Shown here in pieces: positions 51,401 to 63,400 of a stretch of DNA of 64,000 bases (its first letter is position 1; each line of letters begins with the position of its first letter). Source of the stretch: Mustelus asterias (Eukaryota); NCBI RefSeq assembly GCF_964213995.1, contig NC_135804.1, forward strand, positions 42,656,001 through 42,720,000, read 5' to 3'. The position numbers and the translations under genes are program-made. A model generated the notes under the pieces. The model searched no databases, was not told the DNA's origin, and saw only the letters and a list, made by a program, of their open reading frames with translations.

Positions 51401-54400
51401 TAGTTTCCAGGGTTTGTGACTTTTGAAACTTCAAAGGGCCTGGATAGTTGATACTTTCATTAGTTTGGTTCAGACCTTTTTTTCCTCCAAATATATGAGA
51501 AATTTGTCAATGGATTACATTTTTTCACAAATTATTTATTTATATATAGCACTGTAGATTTTAGTGTTCATTAGTTCTAAAGTGTAGAGTGGCTCAATGG
51601 GCATAAAAATGCCAGGGATTGGCACAGAAGGCATGAGGGGCCTAAGACTGTGGGTGACAGGGCAGAGCATAACCTGGGGCCATGATGGGACAAAGGCTGG
51701 GTGGGGAGCATGAGGTGGCAGAGATAGGACATGGGGAGTGTTGGAGGGAGGGAGGGATGAGAGCTGGAAAGCCTCTGTACTTCTTCCACCTCTGCACACT
51801 GAGGAGGCCTTTTAAACACTATACCTCTACACCCAGCAGCTGCCACGATTTCAGCCTGCACCCAACCCTCAGCATTGAAGATTCTGCCTTTGCGGGCATT
51901 CATCCTCAGGCTGGCAGACTGAACTGAGAATTTTTCTAACTTCCCCTATCTGTCTCGACGATAAAAATCCAGGCCATAGGCTTAGACATTAATAACATTA
52001 AATCAGGAATCATCTTGAATAAACAATCAAATGTAGAAAGCGTTACGTATTTCCTGATAAATTAAGCAATAGAAAGATGAACTTGCATCCAAAGAAAAAA
52101 ACATAAGCTTGATTGGACAGGTAGATTGGCTATGTATTCAGACCAATACCTGATGCCAATTATGATGTGTTAGAACTTAGTACTATGGTGAAACTTATTA
52201 CAAATGACAAGGTTGTGAGGGCAAATAACATAAGAAACAAAATCAATCTGGAGAATGCACACTCAAGTTTCCAGTCCTGGGTGACCTGAGAGACAGGAAA
52301 TTAGTCATTTTTAGTGATGCTTCCCGTGGCAATCTCCCACATGGATACTGTTGGGTTTATAATACTCTTGGTCTGTGAAAATGGAAAGTGTTGTCCTTGG
52401 TCTGGGAAGCAATGAAATTAAAAGGGGTGGTTACAAGTGGCAGAAAAACTGGCTCTCGTAGAAGCAATAATTATCAGATTTTACTTACCAAACAATTTGA
52501 GGGAAATATGACACAAGCAGCATTCTGAAAATATTTGGGCATTGAATGCAATGCAGATAATTGTTGTTCATAAGATAGTGCATGTTTGGCAAAAAGTGTG
52601 ACTGAGAAAAGTTTAAAGATTGATCGTGCTAGTATAAAAATGTTAGAGAGAGAGAAACTAGATCTCTCAGATAAAATGGGTGCATGCAAGTCACCAATTA
52701 TCACACCGCTTAAAAAAAGGAATGATTGATTGGGAAATTGTTGGAGGACCTGGGAGAGGGATGTCTTGTTTATTTTCAATTATTTCATGGGCGTCGCTGG
52801 CTATGCCAGCATTTTTGTTGCCAATCCCTAATTGCCCTTGAGAAGGGGATCTTGAACAGCCGTAGTCCATGTGGTGTACATACATTGTTTAGGAGGGAGT
52901 TCCAGGATTTTGACCCAGCAACAGTGAAGGGACAACAATATAGTTCCAAGTCAGGATGGTGTAGCTTGGCAGGGAACTTGCAGATGGTGGTTTTCGCTTG
53001 CAACTGCTGCCTTTGTCCTTCTAGATGATAGAGGACACTGGTTTGGAAGGTGCTATCGAAAGAGCCTTGGTCAGTTATTGTAGTTAGAACACAATGATGC
53101 CAGTGTGCATCGGTGGTGGAGGGAGTAAATTTTAAAGGCGGTGGATAGGGTACCAATCAAGCAGGCCGCATTGTTCTGGATGCTTGAGTATTGGAGCTGC
53201 ACTAATTCAAGCAAGTGGAGACTAGAAATAGGTAATGCTGCATTCTATTTATAAACCGATAATCGAGAAAAGGATTTATATATTTTTTAAAAATTCATTT
53301 ATGGGATGTGGGATCACTGGCTAGGCCAGCATTCATTGCCCATCCCTAGATTCTCTTTAGAAGATGACGGTCAGCTGCCTTCTTGAACCACTGCAGTCTC
53401 TGAGTGTAGGTATACACATAGTGCTGTTAGGGAGGGAATTCCATGATTTTGCCTCAGGGCCAGTGAAGGAATAACAATATATTTCCAAGTCAGGATGGTG
53501 AGTGACTTAGAGAGAAATCTGGTATTCCCAGGGTATCTATTGCTCTTGTCCTTCTAGATGAAAGTGGTCTTGGGTTTGAAAGGTGCTGCCTAAGGAACCT
53601 TGGTGAGTTCCTGCAGTGCATCGTGTAAATGGTACAAATGGCTGCCACTGTTAGTTGGTGGTGGAAGGATTGAATGTTTGTAGAAGGGATAGCAATTAAG
53701 CGACCTGCTTTGTCCTGGTTGGTATTGAATTTCTTGAGTGTTGCTGGAGTTGCACTCATCTAGGCAAGTGGACAATATTCCATTACACTCCTGACTTGTG
53801 CCTTGTAGATGGTGCATAAGCTTTGGGGAGTCAGGAGGTGAATTACTCACCACAGGATTCCTAGCCTTTGACCTGCTCTGGTAGCGATAGTATTTATATG
53901 GCTAGTATATTTCAGTTTCTGGTCAATGGTAACCTCCAGGACGTTGATAGTGGGGGATTCAGCGATGGCAATGCCATTAAATGTCAACGGGTGATGGTTA
54001 GATCCTCTCTTGTTAGAGATGATCATTGCTTGACACTTGCGCGGTGTGGATGTTACTTGCTATTTGTCAGCGTTTGGGTATGGACGGCTTCAATATCTAA
54101 GAGGTTACAAATGGTGTTGAACAGCAAACATCCCCACTTCTGACCTTATGGTGGAAGGGAGCTCATTGATGAAGCAACCTAAGATTGTTGGACCTAGGAC
54201 ACTACCCTGAGGAACCGAGTTCTTTATGTATATAGATCAAGGACAATATACATTAGACCCTGATACCCACTGCAGGACACAATGGACAAAGCATGTCCTG
54301 TGCAGTATCAGCTTCTGATCTTGACACAGAGGATTCAAAAAGATTTTACTTATTTTTGTCGGGGATGAAGGAGTAGAAATGCTACTCCAGGCTGCAAAAA

Positions 54401-57400
54401 GCAAGCTTTGATGTTGCTGCATGGGGTGTCCCCATTTTCATGAAAGAGCACCTTGCCACCAGTTAAATTGCCTGATATTGCAAAAGCCTGGAATAAGTGG
54501 GACTGCTCCAGAAAGCTTGCTTTTAATCAGGACGGTCATTTATTAATCAGTCTTGGTCCTCTGAAAATCACAGAGAGAGTATCTACTCCATATTGTCTTA
54601 CGTTTTTCTTTGGCAACATACAAAACTCCTGTGAGGTGTTCTATAAAAAGCTGTGACCACACTGATTATTGACTGAAATGTGCAAAACACAACAAGGCGC
54701 ATTTTTATGGACTGAAAAGCGATCCCATGCTAGCACAGGATCTGTACATATGGTTTAACAGTTCATCCAGTTGCTAACATAATGAGAATCCAGGAGCCAG
54801 GAACCGACATGGCTGTATATTACCAACACAAAATGTTTATACTGGGAATCAAATAGAATTTTATATTAGAAACTGCTTTTAAAAGGTTGTTTGCTCAAAC
54901 CTTCAAGTTTTCTGATTCGATCAGCCCTAATGTCAAGCAGCTGTGTGTACTGCTCCAGCTTAATCTCATATTCTCGATTATTATCTTCCATCTTCCGTGT
55001 CACAGTATCAACTTCATTCTAAAATTGGAATGATAGGTCAACAGGTAAAATAGATTATTAAGTCCCTGACCATACTTGTGAAATGCATATGCCAAGATTT
55101 TACTCAGAAAATAAAATGCATCAGTATATTACTTACAGTGGCCTCTGGCACACACGTGCTTCCAAAAGTTCACAAGTGACTTGTTGAACAGATATTTTGA
55201 ATTCAGTTAACACAGTTATCTTTGTTTGTGATTATTCTCCTCTGCAATTTTTTGAGAACTTTTAAATCCAAATCAGTGTTAAAATGATCATGACTGCAGG
55301 GCTTGGATTTTGCTTCTGAGGCAGATAACCCGAGTCAGGAAATTTCTTGGTTTGCTGCATACGCCTCAGGAGAAACTCCCTCCCCAAATGGCGGGATCTT
55401 TGTTCTGGAGGATGGGAATGAATAAGGGATGGAGTCTGACTTGCCACCCCTGGATGCAGATCGGAAGTGATCACTGAGACTGCCAAGTGTTCAGCTGGGC
55501 TGTTCAGAAGGTCCGCCTTGATTATCTGCGACTTCATCCCAGTTGTTTGCTCATATTTTAGGTCCTCTTGCCCTCACCTTCACATGTCCTGACTCCCCCA
55601 ACCTACTCACAACATTCCATGCATGTAAACTCATGTCCCCACCCATACCCAATGGCTCCTCGTTTCCTACATGCCTACTCATTCAACTCACCCACCCTCC
55701 ATGCAAACCAATGCTCACCATTCACCTTCATGAGCCCTCATATCCTCAATGTAACTCAAGGAAAACTCATGGCAAACATCCCACCACCCTTTGTTTGCCC
55801 TCACTCCCTCCATGCTTATGAGTCCAATATTCATCCTGGACAGACCATTGCAGCCGCATTGAGATGAAATAAAGTAAGTTATAAATATCTATTGCAGCCT
55901 TCACTATATTTAAAAGGAACTCACATACAAAAATTAACAATATACAAAAACTTTAAATCCCCTGAAATACATAATCGGGGGTGTTATCAAAACAGACTTG
56001 TATTCATAATACCATATCAAAGATAGCTAATCCTTTAATAATCTCTTTTAGCTGTCAAATCAAATTGTGAACAGGTTAAACAGCTATTGCAACTGAGAGA
56101 CCAGATTTCTTTTACCTCTCACAGATACATGCAACCTATTTTGTAATATAATTTTTAAATGTCTGGGGATTTAAATAACTTTATAGCTTGTCAGTTCTAC
56201 AGACCTTCTTTTCCTTGAACAGCATTTACAATTACTCTTTTTAAAAAAAATCATAACTCCCACACTGTGGGTTAAGACGCTTGCTACAGTGAAAATTGGG
56301 TCTGCTTAAACTCAGCACTGAAAAGTGGATCTGTTGGAAATGGAGGCAAGATTTCTGGATTTGAGTCCCATCCGCCATTTCAGAATGTTCATGGAGTCTT
56401 CATGACTCTGTGAAAATCTGGGCATAGATCTTTAACTAATCTCAACTATTAGCTGCAAGCGAATTTGACTTTTTTCCCCACAATAAAATTTATAAACTTT
56501 GGTATTAATCCAATGACAGCCAAGTAATTCAGCCTGTTTTATGTTGCCAGTCCTGTCAATGAGCTATCACTGGTTGCTGTCACATAGGAAAGTTTTACAT
56601 TGCAAGTATAATTAATTAGCAGATACTGCCAACTGTTACTAAATACATGTGTTGGTACTGGAAAAGGTTGGAAAATAATTTTGAAAGGAACAGAGTTGAA
56701 AAACAAGAATATTAAACATATATTGAATCTTGGTTAGACCATTCTTAGGGTACGACGCTCAGTTCTAGTTTCTGCATTCTAAAAAGCACATAAAGACGCT
56801 AGAAGGTGCATGACATTACAAATATTATACCAGAATTGAAAGGTTACAACAATTAAATAACTAACCAAGTTGAGACTCTTTTTTTTTAGAAAATTGAAAC
56901 CTGAACAGTGACCTAATAGACATATTTAAAATTAAAAAACCGTACAGAAGGTGTTTCCATCTATGGGAAAATCCAAAAGGAGGGACCATAAATATAAAAC
57001 AGTCACTAATAAATCCATTGAGGAATTCAGAAAAAAACTCTTTTAAGTATGTAAAATCATCCTTTTGTACAGCTTCTATTTTTCATAGTTGCACAGTGGT
57101 TAACGCTGCTGCCTCACAGCGCCAGGGTCATGGGTCCGATTTCCGGTTTGGGTCACTGTCTGTGCAGAGTCTGCACGTTCTCCCCATGTCTGCATGGGTT
57201 TCCTCTGGGTGCTCCGGTTTCCTCCCACAGTCTGAAAGATGTGCTGGTTATTTGCATTGGCCATGCTGAATTCTTCCTCAGTGTACCCAAACAGACTCCG
57301 GAGTGTGGCGACTAGGGGATTTTCACAGTAACTTCATTGCATTGTTAATGTAAGCCTATTTGTGACACTAATAAATAAACTTAAACTTTTCAAAATGTTA

Positions 57401-60400
57401 CAGAACCAGATGAAATTTAAAAAAAATAATGGGTAGGGGAAATCATATAGCAGCTGCATTGGCATATGCAGAGATATGACAAATTGGACAATTTCTTTTA
57501 GTTAAAAATGTCAGCGTTTAAGCTTGGCTGGTAGCTTAAACGCTGGTAGCAATATATCCCACACGGTCGTCTGAGGGTACCCTTGAATTTAAAAGAATGA
57601 TTGGAAGCCAAACATAACAGGTGATGTTTTAAGTCAATTATCTTACTCAATAGAATGTATAAAATAAAAATCACATTAATTTAAAACATAGGCTAATCTT
57701 TCAAAATGACAAATATATCCGTACTTACTTCATGGACCATTTGCTTCTTTCAAGAACAAATAAAAGGAAACTCTAACCTTCAGTTTACATGTGGAGGACT
57801 TGCTGTTTTATGTGTATGGGTTCCCTTTTCAGTTATAAAATTACAATTCCATAGACTTACAGATTTGAAAATTATAATGTATGATCAATCTGGGCGCCAG
57901 TTAAATTGACTGCCCTTATTTAATTTGAAATATGTTTCTTGTTCCTTCAGAATGCACATTTTCCTATTCATTAAAGTTGTTACGAAAAGTACTGGATTAC
58001 TGAATTTCAGTACTCATAGAAACAAACATTATTCATATTCTGTAAGAACCCCTTTAAATTATATATAATTAGCTGTTTTCACGATGATGCTAGACCTCAG
58101 TTATCGTACCTATTATATACATGATATTTAATATAGTGCATCACTGATGGGATTTTGTAAAGAGAAAATAGAATCCAAAAATAAATTACATTTTATCAAA
58201 AGAATAGTTATAAACTGAAAATGGTTTTCATTCCTTTCCACTCGGCTTAAAGATCAGCTTGACTGCAGAAGTCAAAAGATATTATTAATATGCCTAGTTT
58301 CTAATAACTATGTCTATATAATCTTTTCAAAAGCTCTGAAGGAAAAGAAATCCAAATAGTCTCCTTTTATTACAAACTATTTTTGTATAATTAAATTATA
58401 TTTTTCTGCTACAGAGGAATTTTATATGGCATCCAGTCTAATAACAAAGAAGCAGGTATGTTATTATTAATGCAACAGCTGCAACTTGTAATTTAACGTT
58501 GCATTGAATTTTCATCTCATTGGGAAAAATTACCATACTTTCTCTTAATTGCTTTCTAAAAATGTTCTGGTTCAGAATAGTAAGCCTGGGTTTACCTAAA
58601 GCAGACACAATTCTTGATGTTTAACAATTTAGCTACATTATAAATTACACAAAATCTCTGATGATGTTCATTTTGGAGTTATTAGCAGTAGTCAGATCTA
58701 TTTTCCTTTCATCTGTGAGTGTATCAAATCAGGAGCATATTTAAGGCTTTTTAGTATGTCCAAGTTGCCACTTTTAGAGTGTAATTGCTTCCACATTCAC
58801 CACAAGACGTGGCAGTCACACTTCTCAAGGTCTTCTCCTACCCACAATTTGTTGTATCAACCACTGAAAAAATATAGGCTGGCTTGACGGAAAATTCATT
58901 TGTTTTGCAATATAGTCCAAGCATCTGTTTCTTCACAATTTTATAAAATTGGAATTGAGAGGGCGTAAAACAGAATTTTATTTACTCTTTGTCCAAACAC
59001 GTTATAATGTTTGAATTAACTTACATAAGAAATATTTCATTTCTAACTAGGGATCAAGAATCAAATCCAAAATGAAGCTCTGCAAATTATGCAATGTTTG
59101 CGTTCTGGAGACAGGCATTAATGAACTGCCCAATTCGAAGAAATCAGAAAACATATTGCACTTCATATGGTTTCAGATAGTGGGCCTGATTTTCAAATTA
59201 GCATCCAAAATGTCAATGTATCAGTATTTGCATTGTTTGGCAATTACATTGTTAAGACAACAAGCACTGGTTAACCTATAAATGGACATATTGTCCCTCT
59301 GTTTGTTTAATTTAGTTTAACTGGTTTAACACAAAATCGTATGAATGGACTCAGCTTGGTACACCCCAATATAGTAGAAATGGACACAGAACAGTGGAGT
59401 GAGGAACAAACTGGAAGACTTCTGCTGAGTTATCTTAAGAGTAAACCTTCCTGAGGTTAAAGACTAGCTTTAGACTCATTTTTTCACCATATGCAATTAT
59501 TACAGTTAACCTGGTCGAAGTTAGTTACTCTGAATTTCTGGCTGGTTTTGGGCTCATTCTGTGGCCAGGCCTGGGATAGACATCTGGAATTCCTGACCCA
59601 ATCAGACACATAAGGTTGGGAAAGGGTGATGTGCATCTTTCTAGTCCATGAGTGCACTGAATACCGAATCTCCAATATGCGCATGAAATCTGACAGGAAG
59701 GCCTGAGGTGAACTTGCCTGTGGGAGTGCTTTTAGGGAGGTTCATATGTTTTAAAGGCAAGTGCATTAGGTCTTTCAAAGATCATTTCTGTGCTTCTTTC
59801 TGCTGATTTATGGCTTTCATGAACCTTTATGCCAATTCCTATGACTTGTGTTGTCTCAAGATCTTTTTAAGGAAAATAGGATGAAAGGAAAGATACCTTG
59901 CTGATTAGGCTGTCTGGGGACGGCACGGTGGCACAGTGGCTAGCACTGCTGCCTCACAGCTTCAGTGACCCGGGTTTGAATCCGGCACTGGGTGACTATG
60001 TGGAGTTTGCATATTCTCCCTGTCTCTGTGGGAGTTTCATCCTGGTGCTCAGGTTTCCTCCCACAGTCCAAAGATGTGAGGGAGGAAACTCCCAAGAAGC
60101 GTGCCGATGTAGGAATTATGTGTGTTTCAAATGCAGGAATTGTGTGTGTTTCAGGTGCAACAAAACGGGTTAATTACAAGCATGGTGCAGAGTGAAGCTA
60201 ATAGGACAGAATGTGCAAAAAAAAGCCACAACGGCAAGTTTAACTCCTTTTGAAGAAACTAGATGTGGAGCCTGACAAGGAACCCTTAACCAGGTCCAAC
60301 TGAATAAAGTGTCTCTATTGAGATAGTCTTGATGGTAAATGGCAGATCTCTTAAAATGGAAGTCGACATAAGGGCTGCGATTACAGTCATAGTCGCAATG

Positions 60401-63400
60401 CACAGCTACAGAGCGAAGAGACTGGAGCGTCAAATTTTAAGATGCCTTTGATTGGGAAATTAGAACAATTTGACCCCGGAGTAGAAAACTTTGTTACCTT
60501 GGAACATTGAGATTGAATCAGTCAGAAGCTATGATGTTTATCTATACTGGAAACACTGCAGACTTTAGGGGTAGCAATTGTCACAAGTGTCCTACAAGAA
60601 TCAGATGACGCAGTTACCTGTCTTGGTGATTAAGGGACGCTCAGCTACCTCCCGTGTACCCCTCCTGACACTGCTACTCCAAGCCGACAACACTAATCCT
60701 CTTGACCATCTTCTATCCCTCGACCTGACCTGACTACCCATTTAGCAACTTGCTCAACTGCTACAGCCCTTCCTATCCAACTATCATCCTGCCCACATGC
60801 AGAAATTTCCTCTAACAAAAGATTGATCAATCAAAACCATTGTCTTCAGACTCATCACAAACCCTGTTTCCTAGATACTGACCCCATCCTTCTGCCTGGC
60901 AAGTATCTGGGAGTGAATCAGATTGTTCAGAATTTTGGTGTCATATTTGACCACAAGATGAGCTATTTCCCCTCCGTCATATTGGGTGACTTTGCCCTGG
61001 CCTCAGCTCATCTCCTGCTGAAATATTCATCCACACCTTTTATTACCTCTAGGGTTGACTGTTCCAGTGTACTCCTGGCAGGCCGCCCACATGCTACGCT
61101 CTGTAAACGTGAAGTCATATAAAACTCTGCTGCCAAGATCCTGACTTGGACTAAGTTCAATGTAACCTACATTGGTTTCCATGAAGCAAGGCGTCAGTTT
61201 CCTCGTTTTTAAATCGCTCCAGTCTTCCAAGCTATCTTCTTCTTTTCTCTAATTCTAGCCTTTTGAGTATCTCTGATCTTAATTCACTCCACCATTGGCT
61301 GCCATTCTTTCAGCTACCAAAGTTTTAAGTGCTAGAATTCTCTCCCTGGACCAATCCATTTTGTCCTCTCTTTCCTCCATTAAGACCCTCTTTAAAACCA
61401 CCTTTTAAATGAAGAATTTGGTCATTTATGTTACTTGGCGTCAAGTATTTTTTAGAATGCTTTGGTGAAGTACATTGGAACATTTTACTGAGTTAAAGTT
61501 ACTATATGAATATGAGTTGTTCTTTTTTGTTTTTGATAGGAAGCCAACAAACATTAGCGAGGACAGGACAGCAACTGACAAATGGGACTTGGTGTGGGAC
61601 TGCACAGCAGTGGAATTTAACCAAACTGGAGTTTATAAAGGAAGAAACCTTAGAGATTCGCAAGAGGGTACATTAAAGAATTCAAGTCTGGAGGTAAGAA
61701 AGTGTAGTGGGCTTAACTGGAATTAACAAAAATCACATATTTTTCAAAATATTTTACAAATTTGTTCTGACCTCCTCACCAGCTTTGGTCTTTAAACATG
61801 CTAACCCTTTTTAAGGAGAATGGTTTGATCTGTGACATCACAATAGACACCATGGCAATACTTCATCTGGATCAATCCATCAGGAGTTTGAACAACGCTG
61901 CTTGGGTTGTTTTTCCTCCTGTATTCTGTTGACAGTGAAGACTAGCAAGCTCACTGTCAAGGGAAAGGTGAATGAAATATCAGTCAATAATGGTATTCAA
62001 ACTCAGTTATCTCATTTCAGAATGTAACGCATTATTTTTGCTGAAAGGCTTCCAAGACAGTCAGCAGAAATCTGTCCTTCCCATCACTGAGTGCTAATAT
62101 TGTTATTTTTTTATTCATGGGATATCGGCATTGCTGGCTGGCCAGCATTTATTGCCCATTCCTAGTTGCCCTTGTTCAGAGGGCAGTTGAGAGTCAACCA
62201 CATTGCTGTGGCTCTGGAGTCACATGTAGGCCAGACCAGGTAAGGATGGTAGATTTCCTTCCCTAAAGGACATTAGTGAACCAAATGGGTTTTTCCGACA
62301 ATCGACAATGATTTTGTGGTCATCAGTAGATTCTTAATTCCAGATATTTTTTATTGAATTCAAATTCTACCATCTGGCCTGGCGGGATTCGAACTCTGTT
62401 CCCCTGAACATTAGCTGAGTTTCTAGATGAATAGTTCAGCGATAATACCACTAGGCCATCGCCTTCCCACGTTATTAGTTCAAAGTTGATTGCATACAAC
62501 AAATCCAGACAACAATAGGCCATGAAAAGCACATCAAAGCAGAAGCAAATGTTCCTTCCCCCCCCCCCCCCCCCCCAAAAGTAAAATTTCATTAATCTGT
62601 GAACAAAGTAAATTGTATTGGGAGAAATGCTGTAGCACTGAATCTCAACATTAATTCAAAAAATGAAATCAGAAACCATTACTTAGCCCTCTTTTTGCTT
62701 GGCTGATCATGTCAAATGTCCTGTAGAACCCTGTTCCTTGGTTCTTAATTCCTTCTTTCGCACTAGTTTCTCAGTCAACTTCCCTTCTGACCTTGCCATG
62801 CGCACCTTGGCTATGAGAACATTTCCTGCTCCCGTGTCCCCTTGTCACTAAACTGCTGATCACCCAACTTCTTCTCCCGTTCCCATGGCGCGATTGTAAA
62901 TAATTCTCTCTCAGGCACTTTTTGCAGCTGACATCATTATCCTTTCCTCAAAAAGCCAATAGCTCTGTCCTTCTAAACTACGGTAAGAAGTCTCACAACA
63001 CCAGGTTAAAGTCCAACAGGTTTATTTGATAGCACAAGCCACTAGCTTTCGGAGCGCTGCCTCCGAAAGCTAGTGGCTTGTGCTACCAAATAAACCTGTT
63101 GGACTTTAACCTGGTGTTGTGAGACGTCTTACTGTGTTTACCCCAGTCCAACGCTGGCATCTCCACATCACTTCTAAACTACGACATCTCTATCCTTCTT
63201 TTGCTCTCCAAATTCATTGAATGTGTTGTTTGTTCACAAAATCCATGCCCTTCTCACCAGTCACTCCCTATTTGAATATTTCTGACAAGTTTCCAACCAT
63301 CTAGCTCATACCTTCATAGCATTATTCCACATGATTTATCCTACTGAAATAGTAATATTTGAGGTCCCTTTTGCATCTTTCAAATATAGACAATTACCTG

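Larger units (their letters stand above)
49909..51975. mobile_element. 2.07-kb TIR element with 3-bp TSD (ata) inserted in the Copia RT
   Basis: ata|ggcctagatttt ... aaaatccaggcc|ata. Removing it rejoins gcctttaaataaata and ggcttagacatt (AFK*IGLDI, a Copia RT-like motif). Confidence 0.85.
45240..52780 (+). mobile_element. Decayed near full-length Ty1/Copia LTR retrotransposon (GalEa-like), interrupted by several insertions
   Basis: Order gag-PR-IN-RT-RH: [17 protein letters not shown], zinc knuckle [11 protein letters not shown] (~46675), VLDSSC (~47155), [72 protein letters not shown] (~52310), [13 protein letters not shown] gggagaggga at 52752-52761, followed by tgt. Confidence 0.88.

Noticed and set aside
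52762-54300. Paired 3' LTR of the Copia element
   Set aside because: It is interrupted by two LINE fragments and I could not match it to the putative 5' LTR, so no LTR pair or TSD is claimed.
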